The notes beneath the pieces were generated by a model. The model made no database searches, had not been told where the DNA came from, and saw only the letters and a program-made list of their open reading frames with translations. Shown here in pieces: positions 19,346 to 31,154 of a DNA stretch of 64,000 nt. Where the stretch lies: contig CAVWIP010000002.1 of the NCBI GenBank assembly GCA_963755125.1, positions 160,001 through 224,000 of the forward strand. The letters are read 5' to 3'. The position numbers were made by a program, and so were the translations under genes. The stretch comes from an uncultured delta proteobacterium (GTDB taxonomy: Bacteria > Myxococcota_A > Polyangia > Fen-1088). How positions within the stretch are numbered: position 1 is the stretch's first letter; each line of letters starts with the position of its first letter.

Positions 19346-21190
19346 CTACGGCGTGACTGGGCCGACAAAAGTGGTGACGCTGGACGCGGTGAGGGTGACG
19401 TTCACCGTCGCGCCGGCCGTCACCGCGCCGACGTTGGCGAGGTTCTCACTTGCCGAAGTTCGGTAGCTGGTCAACGCGCCAAAGCTCCCCGCGTCGATGG
19501 TCAGAGCGAGGGGAACCTCGGACGTTCCTGCATTGATCGCCACCATCGCGATTTGGTTCCCGGCGGGGTTCTTGAAGGCGGACAGGTACACGTTGTTGGC
19601 TGGAGTCGCCACGGCATCGACCCGGCTCCAGCCAGGACGAATGAAGCGGCTGTACTGGCCAAGGGTGTAGAGTCGCTTGGGCTGGGTTCCACTTGTCTGC
19701 GCGAGACAGCCGTTGCCAGTGCCCCACGCCCACCAGTAGTTGAACGCGCTCCATTGGGTGACCACCAGATCCATGTGAACCAGGCGCGCGACAAGCAACC
19801 CATCGGTGATGCTGGCGTCCTGGGCCCACGCTGCTGTACTGAACTCAGTCATCCAGATCCGTTTGCCCGCGGCCAGTGAATTGGTAAGGGTTGGCGGCGC
19901 ATAGGAACTGGCGTTGCTCTTCCCGAAATCGTACTGGTGAACCCCCACCACGCCCAACAGAGCTGAAGTGGCTGCATCGCTCAGGATGGGGACAATGAGA
20001 GCCTCTGTCGCGGTTTGGGATTCGGGCGCCATGATCTGCAGGGTGGGCAACTGAGTGAATACACCCTTCTTGGTGAACTCCGTATTCAGCGTTGCCAAGA
20101 AGTCGTGCAACTGAGCGGCGGTCCAGTCACAGGATTCGTACGTGCATTGAAAGCTCGGTTCGTTTTGCAGCGAAAGGACCGACAAGTCGACGCCCATCTT
20201 TGCCTTGTACCCCAACAGATAGTCCGCCAGAACGTCGGCGTAGTCCGCGTAGTGAGTGGGATCGAGACTGCCGCCTACTTCGGGTGCATTGATGTAGTCA
20301 ATGGTCTTGTAACTGTCGCTGATCTTCCATTTACTGACGCTGTTGTTGGGAGGCGTCCAGGGCGTGCTCATAAACTTCGTCACCTGATAGTCTGCGCCCG
20401 CGGCCTTGATGTCGCTGATCAGAGAACTGGTGTTGCTCAGATCCCAGTTGGACCAATTGAGCGAGAAGGTCTTGCTGCCGTCACTATTGGTCGTGTACTG
20501 GTAGGTGCCGTCAGCGTTCTTGTTGATGAACTTGTCGTCATTGCTTGGGTTTTCTCGAAAGGGGATCCGATTGCGCACCAGGGACAGCCCGGCCCCGTTG
20601 CTGACGCTGAAGAGCGCGTCGTAGACCGCGGTCTTGACCGCGGCTTGGGGAGGGTACAACCAAGCGGTGCTGACACCGAATCCATCGATCACCTGCTTCG
20701 CCTGCGAGAACCTCACGTTCGCGCCGGGATTGGTCGCGAGCGCTCCGCCCGCGCTGGCTCCGCCCGAGTTCGCTGTCCCACCTGACGTCGTCGTGCCTCC
20801 CGTTGCGGTTCCACCGGTGCCCACGGCCCCGCCGGTTGCAGTCGTTCCCGCGGTTCCCCCGGTCACAGATATGCCCGCGGCCCCGCCGGTCTTCGCCGCG
20901 CTCGCCATTCCGCCGGTTCCCGCTGTGGCGGGAATGCCTCCCGCGGCCGCAGCGGTCTGGCCTCCTGCTATTGTTGACCCGCCGCCGGCACCTGAGACGC
21001 CACCCGTTGCGCCGGCTGCGGGCGCGTCAAGGGCTGGTCCACGGCCGCCCGTATCGCGGGGCACCGTGGCCGCGTCCGGCACGGGCGCGGCGGATCCGTC
21101 AACGGGGGCGGATGCTCGGTGGCAGCCACTTCCGGCCGCCGCGAAAGCAAGAAAAGACAGCGCCGTTGTAATAATCGTACTTCTGGACAT
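19346..21190 (-). CDS. Lipoprotein glycoside hydrolase family 30 (xylanase/glucuronoxylanase-like) with Gly/Ala/Thr linker
   Basis: AAGSG|C lipobox, about 120-aa low-complexity linker, IDGFG, STPWTPP, LQNEP acid/base, WMTE nucleophile, GQYSRFIRPG, beta-sandwich C-terminus. Confidence 0.85.
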   Translation of the reverse strand: MSRSTIITTALSFLAFAAAGSGCHRASAPVDGSAAPVPDAATVPRDTGGRGPALDAPAAGATGGVSGAGGGSTIAGGQTAAAAGGIPATAGTGGMASAAKTGGAAGISVTGGTAGTTATGGAVGTGGTATGGTTTSGGTANSGGASAGGALATNPGANVRFSQAKQVIDGFGVSTAWLYPPQAAVKTAVYDALFSVSNGAGLSLVRNRIPFRENPSNDDKFINKNADGTYQYTTNSDGSKTFSLNWSNWDLSNTSSLISDIKAAGADYQVTKFMSTPWTPPNNSVSKWKISDSYKTIDYINAPEVGGSLDPTHYADYADVLADYLLGYKAKMGVDLSVLSLQNEPSFQCTYESCDWTAAQLHDFLATLNTEFTKKGVFTQLPTLQIMAPESQTATEALIVPILSDAATSALLGVVGVHQYDFGKSNASSYAPPTLTNSLAAGKRIWMTEFSTAAWAQDASITDGLLVARLVHMDLVVTQWSAFNYWWAWGTGNGCLAQTSGTQPKRLYTLGQYSRFIRPGWSRVDAVATPANNVYLSAFKNPAGNQIAMVAINAGTSEVPLALTIDAGSFGALTSYRTSASENLANVGAVTAGATVNVTLTASSVTTFVGPVTP

Positions 21191-21397
21191 ATTGCTTTGA
21201 TTCCGGACCTTGCAATGATTTATTAGTTTCTCGACAATTCAATACTTCTTTGCACGCCCGGCCTATGATCGACTCCGGTGAGCGATAAATTCTGACCACA
21301 GGCTGCCGGCAGCGACAGGCAGGAGTCAAGCACTACCCATCCAGGGCATCCGCCGACGGTCAGTCGAAACCCTCATGGTAGATCAGGAACCTGCCAA

Positions 21398-24052
21398 CTA
21401 CTTGCAAACGCCGTTTTGGCAGGTGGCTGGCGCGGTGCACGCGACGCCACACGCACCGCAGTTGGCAACATCGCTGCCTAGGTTGGCGCAAGTCCCATTG
21501 CAATCGGCCAGTCCGGGCGCGCACGATGAGCAGCAGCGGAACCCGGTATCGGGATACGAGAAGTCCTGCGCGAGCGTGGCGGCCATGAAGGTGCAATCCA
21601 GGCCGACGGAAAAACTGTCAAAGGCGCCTCCTCGGACGGTGTACACCTGGCGTCCATCTGCCAGTGCGCCGCGCAGGTCGTCGGTCCATTCGGCCAAATT
21701 GCCGCTCATGTCGAAGACCGTCGCGGCGACGTTGTTCGGGTCGAGAGTGCCAGAGGTGGTGCACTCGCTGAAGGTGCCCACGCTCACAACTGCGTTAAGG
21801 TTTGCTTCGGCGCCGTTGCACAGGGTTGCATTGTAGTTTGAACCATAGGGATAGCAGCCATCGACACAGGTCTTCCCCAGCTCACAAGCGAAGCCCCATT
21901 CATCGGCGGTCACGACGTCGTTGTTGCGCAGAACTTCGCACAGGCGCATGCCGGCGGCGCGGCAGGCGGCATCAGCCGCCGTCCATGTCACCGAACTCCA
22001 GGGCAAAACCCCGGTGCCGGTCGCACTGGTTTGGCGTGAGCAGGCACGGGCCGAGGAAGAACCCGCCGACGTCGCGTTTGCATCGACGCGGCTGGCCTCG
22101 TAGCTGTAGATGTAGTAGCCGGTGCCTAGCGCGCCTGTCGCCGCGACGTGGACCACGGAATCGCGCACACCCTTGCACTCCTGCCCCGCGCACTGTGGCA
22201 GCCCGAGTCCCGACGGGTTGTCCCAGCTTTCGTCGATGAGGCCGTCGCAGTCGTTGTCCTTGCCGTCGCAGATCTCGTCGGTCGGTGTGGCGGCAACCGA
22301 GCCGGTCAGATCGCAGGCCGGGGGCAAAATCTTGTCGGCCTGGCACTTCATGGTGCCGACGCGCTGGCATTCACCCAGGCCAGCGTTGTCACTGCATGAT
22401 GTGCCCAGGACGGCGGACGCGAACTCATCCACCTCGCCGTTGCAGTTGTTGTCGAGCCCGTCGCACCATGATTCCTGCGCCGCCACTTGGTTGGGGCCGG
22501 TAAGCTGTACAGTGGCCGGGTAGTTGCAGACCCAGCTCGGCATGCTGGCGCCGGACGGGGTGGTGCACACCGGGAAAGTGGCGTCGCCCGGGTAGTGCGT
22601 CGAGTCCCCTGGACCCTTGCCACATTCACCTATCTGCAGGCAGAAGTTGACCGTCGGGTAGATCAGTCCAGGGTCGTTCGTGTCGGTGAGCCCATTGCAA
22701 TCGTTGTCGACGCCATCGCAGACTTCCGGTCCGTTGGGGGTGCAGGCGTATTCGCAGCCATTACTCGGGTTGTGGTCGGCATCTGTCCAACCGGCCTGGC
22801 AAGAGCCCATTTGACACTGACCGTTGATGCATAGCCCGGTCGCGTGGGCGTAGGTGCAGGCGACCCCGCAACTGCCGCAGTTTCGCGGATCATTCTGCAA
22901 GTTGAAGTCCTCGTCAACCAAGCCATCGCAGTCGTTGTCGAGTCCGTCACAGATTTCCAGTTGCGGCGTCACTACACCGTTGCAAACCAGGGTTCCAGCC
23001 GTGCATACCCAGGCGCCCAGTCGACACTGACCGATGCAGATCCCAGTCTGCAGATTGCAGCCGTCAGCCCCAGCCGGATAACAGGGCTTGCCCAGGTTGG
23101 GATCGCTCTCGTCGATGAGGCCGTTGCAGTTGTTGTCGATTCCGTCGCAGACTTCCTCGCTGGGTTGTTGTGCACCTACGCAGAGGCGCGCACCGGCGAT
23201 GCAGGTCAGAACCCCCGGCTGGCATCCACCACCTCCACCGCAAGGCTGGCCCACGTCCGTGGGATTATCGTCAATGAGGCCGTCGCAGTCGTTGTCGATT
23301 CCGTCGCAGATCTCGATGCCATTGTTGCTTGGCGTGCAGGCGTACTCGCACCCGTTGTCAGGATTGCCGTCGATGTCGAAGTAGCCAGGCAGGCACGTGT
23401 GAGTGCATTGCCCCTTTTGGCAGACACCGGTGGCGTGGGCGAAGCTGCACACGTTGCCGCACTGGCCGCAATTGGTCGCGTCGTTCTGCAGGTCGAAACC
23501 CTCGTCGATCTGGCCGTTGCAGTTGTTGTCCGCGCCGTCGCAGATCTCGACGCCGCCATTGCTCTCCAGACATTCGCAGCCGTTCACCGGATTGCCGTCG
23601 AGATCAACGTAGCCGGGATTGCAGGTGCCCACCCCGCACACGCCCGCGACGCAGGCCGCTTGGGCGTGGGGAATCTCGCAGATGGTCCCGCATAGGCCGC
23701 AGTTCTGCGGGTCAGTTTGAAGATTGGCTTCTTGGCAGGAGCCCCCGCCCGTTTCCGCATGGGAGCCCGACCCGCCATCGCTCGCGCCGCCCGCACCCCC
23801 GGACGGCATCAGCGAGAAGCCATCTCTTCCCCCGCCATCCACGCCGGCGGGGCCAATCAGGCGAGCCACATCGGCGCTGCGTTGCTGGCAGGCGCCCAAC
23901 ACCAGCGCCAACGCCGCGGCGTAGCCAAGATCCCTGTGGTGCGCACGATAGACCGCTGCTACCAGCCCATGGCTTCGCCCCTGCCCAGCCACTTCAGCAG
24001 CCGAAACAGTGGCGCTGCTCTGACTGATTGCAGGTGTCGCAGTCGGTCCCAT
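21398..24052 (-). CDS. Cys-rich repeat lipoprotein with C-terminal FGE-sulfatase/C-type-lectin-fold domain
   Basis: LVLGA|C lipobox; 7x CDGxDN[DN]C[DN]GxxD (MopE-like) repeats; 4x DxxNCGxCGxxC; 3x DxDxNPxNGCE; then YEAS...PW...YPYG...DMSGNLAEW...RGG...GFRCC. Confidence 0.8.
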   Translation of the reverse strand: MGPTATPAISQSSATVSAAEVAGQGRSHGLVAAVYRAHHRDLGYAAALALVLGACQQRSADVARLIGPAGVDGGGRDGFSLMPSGGAGGASDGGSGSHAETGGGSCQEANLQTDPQNCGLCGTICEIPHAQAACVAGVCGVGTCNPGYVDLDGNPVNGCECLESNGGVEICDGADNNCNGQIDEGFDLQNDATNCGQCGNVCSFAHATGVCQKGQCTHTCLPGYFDIDGNPDNGCEYACTPSNNGIEICDGIDNDCDGLIDDNPTDVGQPCGGGGGCQPGVLTCIAGARLCVGAQQPSEEVCDGIDNNCNGLIDESDPNLGKPCYPAGADGCNLQTGICIGQCRLGAWVCTAGTLVCNGVVTPQLEICDGLDNDCDGLVDEDFNLQNDPRNCGSCGVACTYAHATGLCINGQCQMGSCQAGWTDADHNPSNGCEYACTPNGPEVCDGVDNDCNGLTDTNDPGLIYPTVNFCLQIGECGKGPGDSTHYPGDATFPVCTTPSGASMPSWVCNYPATVQLTGPNQVAAQESWCDGLDNNCNGEVDEFASAVLGTSCSDNAGLGECQRVGTMKCQADKILPPACDLTGSVAATPTDEICDGKDNDCDGLIDESWDNPSGLGLPQCAGQECKGVRDSVVHVAATGALGTGYYIYSYEASRVDANATSAGSSSARACSRQTSATGTGVLPWSSVTWTAADAACRAAGMRLCEVLRNNDVVTADEWGFACELGKTCVDGCYPYGSNYNATLCNGAEANLNAVVSVGTFSECTTSGTLDPNNVAATVFDMSGNLAEWTDDLRGALADGRQVYTVRGGAFDSFSVGLDCTFMAATLAQDFSYPDTGFRCCSSCAPGLADCNGTCANLGSDVANCGACGVACTAPATCQNGVCK

Positions 24053-24121
24053 GAACAGCCATAGTGTACAGTGTCTCGACGGGAACGGTAAGTCTGGAGG
24101 CGTTTGGCCGGCGCCCGAACG

Positions 24122-24733
24122 TCATGTGTGTACAGCCGCGCGCAGCGGGGGAGTGAGGCTGGGGCTCGGCAAGCCGCCCTTCTGACGGCGCTTGTCCAGG
24201 TACATCTCGTGGTCGGCCACGCGCATGATCTCGTCGCAGGTCGTGCCATCCTTGGGATAGCCAGCGAATCCGAAGCTGAGTTCGATGGAGAAAGGGGCGC
24301 CGGTGCGGGCTTCGGCCAGCGCGGCACGCAGACGCGCAAGCAGCGGCGCGGTTCCACCCACCCCGATCTCGGGCAAGAGCACCGCGAACTCATCACCCCC
24401 GATGCGGCAGAGCACGTCGTGGGTGCGCAGCGAGCGTTCGAGGAACTCGGCCACCCAGCGCAGAACCAGATCCCCTTCCGGGTGGCCGTGAACGTCGTTG
24501 ATGGCCTTGAGATCGTTCACGTCGGCCATCATGATGCTGAAGTGGCGCTGGGGCTGGCGACGTGCGCGGCTCAACTCCTCGGTGAGACGCTCGGTGAAGT
24601 AGCGGCGGTTCCACAGTCCGGTGAGATCGTCGCGATAAGCGAGAGTGCGATAGGTTTCCATCCTGGCGAGTTCCTGGCGAAGTTCGGCATTCTCGCGCAG
24701 CAAGTCCTTGATGCTGGGTGGTGCGGCTCGCAT
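24122..24733 (-). CDS. Diguanylate cyclase (short coiled coil + GGDEF)
   Basis: DDLTGLWNRR, LKAINDVHGHPEGD, RTHD I-site, GGDEF, ADHEMY. Confidence 0.92.
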   Translation of the reverse strand: MRAAPPSIKDLLRENAELRQELARMETYRTLAYRDDLTGLWNRRYFTERLTEELSRARRQPQRHFSIMMADVNDLKAINDVHGHPEGDLVLRWVAEFLERSLRTHDVLCRIGGDEFAVLLPEIGVGGTAPLLARLRAALAEARTGAPFSIELSFGFAGYPKDGTTCDEIMRVADHEMYLDKRRQKGGLPSPSLTPPLRAAVHT

Positions 24734-24817
24734 TGAATCCTTGCGTCCCACGAGAGAAGTTGTAGCAAAAAGGTCGGTGGCGCGCCAACCCAGCCCAGTA
24801 TAATCGAGCACAGAATC

Positions 24818-25501
24818 ATGTCCTTTCGCGCCGCAATCCTCTTCGATCTCGACGGAACCTTGGTCGACACCGAGCGCGACAACGTGGAGTCGGTGGTGCT
24901 GGCCCTGCGGCACTGGCGCATCGATCTTGACGGTGCCGAGCGGCACTTCGTAGTGGGCCATTCCTGGAACGAGATATACGCCATGCTGGTTCGCGACCAT
25001 GGGCTGCAGGTTGGCATGGCCGAGGTCATCACGCGGGCGGTGGCGGAGAAACGGCAGCTCCTGGCGCACAAGGGATACCAGCCCTTGCCGGGGGTGCGCG
25101 ACGTCGTCAAGCGGCTCGGCCGTCGAGCGGAGTTGGCCGTGGTCTCGGGTGCCAGCCGGGTCGAAGTGCACGAGGCCGTCGCCGGGCTGGGGATGTTGGG
25201 AGATTTTCGCGTCTTGCTCGGGGCCGAGGACTATGGCAAGGGCAAACCCGATCCCGAGCCGTATCTGACCGCGATGCGCTTGCTCGGCGTGCCCGCGGCC
25301 GCCTGCATCGTGGTGGAGGACGCCGAGCCGGGCATTCTCGCGGGACGGGCTGCAGGCGCTCACGTAGTCGCCGTGCGGGCCGCCAACTACCTAGGATATG
25401 ACCAGTCGGCAGCGGACGTTGTCCTCGACACGCTCGATGGAATGACCGACGAGCTGTGCGATCGGTTGCTGGCGCAGACGGAATCGATCGCAGTCGGCTA
25501 G
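24818..25501 (+). CDS. HAD-superfamily phosphatase (beta-PGM/CbbY-like)
   Basis: FDLDGTLVDT, KPDPEPY, VEDAEPG; TATAAT at 24799-24804 upstream. Confidence 0.92.
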   Translation: MSFRAAILFDLDGTLVDTERDNVESVVLALRHWRIDLDGAERHFVVGHSWNEIYAMLVRDHGLQVGMAEVITRAVAEKRQLLAHKGYQPLPGVRDVVKRLGRRAELAVVSGASRVEVHEAVAGLGMLGDFRVLLGAEDYGKGKPDPEPYLTAMRLLGVPAAACIVVEDAEPGILAGRAAGAHVVAVRAANYLGYDQSAADVVLDTLDGMTDELCDRLLAQTESIAVG

Positions 25502-25512
25502 CAGGCGTCGCC

Positions 25513-26448
25513 GTGTTCGATCATTTGCCTGCCGACGTCTTGCTCTTTGAAGTGGGGCCGCGCGACGGCCTGCAGAACGAGACCCGCCTGGTGGCGACCG
25601 CCGACAAGGTCGCGCTCATTGACGCGCTCACGGACTGTGGTCTGCGCGCCATCGAGATCGCGAGCTTCGTCAACCCGCAATGGGTCCCGCAACTGTCCGA
25701 TGCCGGCGAGGTGGCGCGGCAGGTTGTGCGCCGCTCAGGCATCATCTACTCGGCACTGGTGCCGAACCCGCAGGGCCTGGCTGCGGCCCAGGCGGCAGCC
25801 ATGCCGGAGATCGCCGTGTTCATTTCCGCTTCCGAAAGCCACAACCGCAAGAACGTGAACAAGAGCATCGCGGACACCTTGCGGGTTCTTGAGGAAATCG
25901 TGCCCAACGCGCGTCGAGCCGGCATGCGCGTTCGCGGTTACGTCTCGACGGTGTACGGCTGCCCCTACGAGGGTGCGGTGAACCCAGCCAGGGCGGTGGC
26001 GTTGGTGGCCGCCCTGCGCACAGCCGGTTGCTACCAGGTTTCCCTGGGCGACACCATTGGCGTGGCCAACCCGCGCCAGGTGCGTGACGTCCTCGCGCTG
26101 GTCTTGGCGGAAATCCCGAGTGAGGCCGTGGCGGTGCACTTTCACGACACGCGCGGCACTGCGCTGGCCAACATCCTGGTGGCGCTGGAAATGGGCATCA
26201 CCACCATGGACACGGCGCTGGGCGGGCTGGGCGGCTGCCCGTTCGCGCCCGGCGCCTCAGGCAACGTGGCCACCGAGGACGCGGTGAACATGCTGGAGGG
26301 AATGGGAGTGAAGACCGGAGTCCAACTCGACAAGCTGATCGATTGTTCTCGTCTGGCGGCCAGCCTGGTGGGACACGAGATGCCGTCCCGCTACTATCGC
26401 GCGGCGATAGGCTCGCGTTTGCACGCGGGCGGGGGAAGCAGAGCGTAG
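25513..26448 (+). CDS. hmgL: Hydroxymethylglutaryl-CoA lyase
   Basis: EVGPRDGLQNE, GCPYEG, SLGDTIG, HFHDT, GGLGGCPFAPGASGNVATED. Confidence 0.93.
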   Translation: MFDHLPADVLLFEVGPRDGLQNETRLVATADKVALIDALTDCGLRAIEIASFVNPQWVPQLSDAGEVARQVVRRSGIIYSALVPNPQGLAAAQAAAMPEIAVFISASESHNRKNVNKSIADTLRVLEEIVPNARRAGMRVRGYVSTVYGCPYEGAVNPARAVALVAALRTAGCYQVSLGDTIGVANPRQVRDVLALVLAEIPSEAVAVHFHDTRGTALANILVALEMGITTMDTALGGLGGCPFAPGASGNVATEDAVNMLEGMGVKTGVQLDKLIDCSRLAASLVGHEMPSRYYRAAIGSRLHAGGGSRA

Positions 26449-26460
26449 GCGGCAGCCAAT

Positions 26461-26682
26461 TCAACCTGGCTTGGAAAGTACCTTCGAGGCCCACTCTTCG
26501 TTGAGATGGTTGGCTTCCTCGATCGAGCGGTGCCTGTCCAGCCCGGGCGGAAAACGCACGGGGCAGAGGCGGGCAGAGAGATCCCATACGGACGCGATGG
26601 TTGGCCAGGGCTGAGGGTCGTCTCGGTCGAGCCAAACGGTGCCCTCCATCTCTGCGGCTGATCGGAATCGGCGGATCGGCAT
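26461..26682 (-). CDS. Small hypothetical protein (73 aa; MPIRRFRS...RFPPGL.RHRSIEEA)
   Basis: Starts 1 nt after the aroC stop. Has an internally duplicated R[FH]RSxxE motif. Resembles small proteins I recall next to nucleotidyltransferase genes. Confidence 0.6.
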   Translation of the reverse strand: MPIRRFRSAAEMEGTVWLDRDDPQPWPTIASVWDLSARLCPVRFPPGLDRHRSIEEANHLNEEWASKVLSKPG

Positions 26683-26683
26683 T

Positions 26684-27763
26684 CTATCCCACCAAAGCCC
26701 GCTGGCGCAGCAAGTGATCGGCCAGCACCAGGGCCATCATGGCTTCGACGATGGGCACTGCGCGCGGGAGCACGCAGGGGTCGTGACGACCGCGGGGCTG
26801 CAGCAGCGTGGGATTGCCGTCGACGTCCACGGTTTCCTGTTCGCGCAGGATGGTGGCCACGGGCTTGAAGGCAGCTCGCACGATGATGTCCTCGCCGTTG
26901 GAGATGCCGCCCTGGATGCCGCCGGAGCGGTTGCTGCGGGTGCGGACGCGGCCGTTCTCCGAATAGAAGATGTCATTGTGCTCGGAACCATGCAGGCGCG
27001 TGCCGGCGAAGCCGCTGCCCACCTCGAAGCCTTTGCATGCCGGGATCGACAGCAGCGCCTTGCCCATGTCCGCGTGTAACTTGTCGAACACCGGCTCGCC
27101 CAGCCCTGCGGGCACGTGGCGCGCCACCGCTTCGATCACGCCGCCCAGAGAATCGCCGTCGGCGCGGGCCTGATCGATGAGCGCGATCATCTGGTCGGCG
27201 ACGGCCCCATCCGGGCAGCGCACGATGTTCGCATCCACATCTTTGCGCGTGACCTTGCTGGCATCCACCGCGGCGCTCAGGTTGTTCACCTGGGTCACAT
27301 AGGCCACGATTTCGATCTGGGATTGCTCGACCAGCAGCTTGCGCGCGATGGCGCCGCTGGCGACGCGACCGATGGTCTCGCGCGCGCTGGCCCGGCCGCC
27401 GCCCGCGGAGGCGCGAACCCCGTACTTGGCCTGGTAGGTGTAGTCAGCGTGGGACGGGCGAAAGGCACGCTGGACCTCCTGGTAGTCGCCGGATCGCGCG
27501 TCGGCGTTGCGCACCAGCAAGGCGATGGGCGAGCCCAGGGTCACGCCGTCGTGCACGCCCGAGAGAATCGCGACCGCATCCGCTTCATCGCGGCGGGTGG
27601 TGATGCGGCTTTGGCCGGGACGGCGCCGGTCCAGCTCGACCTGGATTTCTTCCGCGGTGATGGGCACACGCGGCGGGCAGCCGTCCACCACGACTCCGAT
27701 TGCCGGGCCGTGCGACTCACCCCAGGTTGCGATTCGAAAGAGTTCTCCGAATGTGCTCGCCAC
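26684..27763 (-). CDS. aroC: Chorismate synthase
   Basis: [42 protein letters not shown]. Confidence 0.98.
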   Translation of the reverse strand: MASTFGELFRIATWGESHGPAIGVVVDGCPPRVPITAEEIQVELDRRRPGQSRITTRRDEADAVAILSGVHDGVTLGSPIALLVRNADARSGDYQEVQRAFRPSHADYTYQAKYGVRASAGGGRASARETIGRVASGAIARKLLVEQSQIEIVAYVTQVNNLSAAVDASKVTRKDVDANIVRCPDGAVADQMIALIDQARADGDSLGGVIEAVARHVPAGLGEPVFDKLHADMGKALLSIPACKGFEVGSGFAGTRLHGSEHNDIFYSENGRVRTRSNRSGGIQGGISNGEDIIVRAAFKPVATILREQETVDVDGNPTLLQPRGRHDPCVLPRAVPIVEAMMALVLADHLLRQRALVG

Positions 27764-27909
27764 AGTGATCGACAGGCTAGCACGACTCGCCCGCGAAGCC
27801 GTCGACGACGCGAAACCTTGCCGCGCCTCGCATCAGCGGAAAGTGCCTTTCGCATGCCGGTTGAGTTTTCTTGTGGAATTTCGCGCCAGTTTTATTCAAC
27901 GTAGCGGCC

Positions 27910-29829
<1,920 letters not shown>

Positions 29830-29831
29830 CT

Positions 29832-31103
29832 CTACTTCGGCATCAGTTCCGCGATGGTGATCGCGCCGATGCGGGCCCGGCGGGCTTCTTCCAGATCCTT
29901 GGTGAGTGCGACCAGCGCGGGCGAGGTGGTGCCGGGCGCGGCTTCCAGATCGGTCGAGCGGAACGCGGCCAGCACGTCCTGCAGGCTGATGGTGTCGGCG
30001 GCGCGGCCCGGGATGAAGCCTTCCTTGTCGCCTTGCACTTCCGCGAGCAGCCCCTGACCCTTGAGCCGAACTGCAACGCGATCGATGACCTCCACCGAAA
30101 GGCCGAATTCGCGGCTGAGAAATGCGCGGTCCACGCCCTTGCCGCCGCGCTGGTAGTCCGCCGCGACGAAAGCCAGGACCTGCGCGGCGACCAGCCCGTT
30201 GATGGGCTCGTCGTCGCGATGGCGTCGTTCCTCGGCCTCCAGCAGGCGCAGGTTCTGGATGGCGTTGGCGATCTCGGCGCCGCCCAGTACCACCCACCAG
30301 GAAACGTAGATCCACAAGAGGATGAGAGGCACCAGCGCCAGCGGGCCGTACACTCCGCTGTAGCTGGACAGCAGCATACCCTTGGCGAAATGCACGAATC
30401 CCCACTTCAACCCTTCCAGCGCGAAGCCCGTGACCAGGGTTCCCGCCAGGGCGGCGTACCAGCGCACGCGGATATTGGGCAGCATCCAGTTGACCAGAAA
30501 GAGCGCGCCGAACTGGATGGAGAGCGGCCCAAAGAAGCGCGCCAGCGGACCTGATCCGATGAGGCGTCCCGACCAGTAGAGGTACGCGCCCGCCAGCACC
30601 GGCAGCAGCGTGACCACCGGGTAGAAGATCAGGAACTTGCGGAACCACGACCGCCGCGTGGTCACATGCCAGATGTCGTTGAAGGTATTCTCGACGGTGT
30701 CGTAGAGGAAGTAGCAGGTGGCCAGGGTGAAACCCAGACCCAGCCCGCCCGCTGCGCCGGTGGCGACCTTCTCCGAGAACGACGCGAGTTCGCTGACCAC
30801 GTCGCCCATGTCAGGCAGAACCTGGGTCGAGATGAATTCCACCAGACGGGACCGCGCCTCGAGGTTGTGAGTCTGGCGCAGGGCCGCGAACACCAGCGCC
30901 AGCAGCGGGACCAAACCGAGGGTGGTTTGATAGGTGAGCGCCGCCGCCTGCTGCGGGCAGCGATCGCGCACCCATTGCTTGATGATGCGCAGGCCGAGGC
31001 GGGCCAGGTACAGGCCGGCGCGCGCCCGCCGCGACAGCATGGCCGCCACTTCGTGGGAGGGCGCGGTCATCGCGGTCCTGATGTGGCTAAGCGTCCGACG
31101 CAT
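29832..31103 (-). CDS. YihY/BrkB-family membrane protein with C-terminal Rrf2-like wHTH
   Basis: AAALTYQTTLGLVP, ENTFNDIW, YGPLALVPLILLWIY..W.VVLGGAE, six TMs, C-terminal wHTH. Start uncertain. Confidence 0.85.
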   Translation of the reverse strand: MRRTLSHIRTAMTAPSHEVAAMLSRRARAGLYLARLGLRIIKQWVRDRCPQQAAALTYQTTLGLVPLLALVFAALRQTHNLEARSRLVEFISTQVLPDMGDVVSELASFSEKVATGAAGGLGLGFTLATCYFLYDTVENTFNDIWHVTTRRSWFRKFLIFYPVVTLLPVLAGAYLYWSGRLIGSGPLARFFGPLSIQFGALFLVNWMLPNIRVRWYAALAGTLVTGFALEGLKWGFVHFAKGMLLSSYSGVYGPLALVPLILLWIYVSWWVVLGGAEIANAIQNLRLLEAEERRHRDDEPINGLVAAQVLAFVAADYQRGGKGVDRAFLSREFGLSVEVIDRVAVRLKGQGLLAEVQGDKEGFIPGRAADTISLQDVLAAFRSTDLEAAPGTTSPALVALTKDLEEARRARIGAITIAELMPK

Positions 31104-31154
31104 GCCCAGAGATAGTCCATCACGTCGCGGCCAGACACAACCCACCCCTTTGTT

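Noticed and set aside
21398..22118. Diversity-generating retroelement targeting the FGE/CLec domain
   Set aside because: No reverse transcriptase, avd or template repeat is visible in the window; a remote DGR cannot be excluded.
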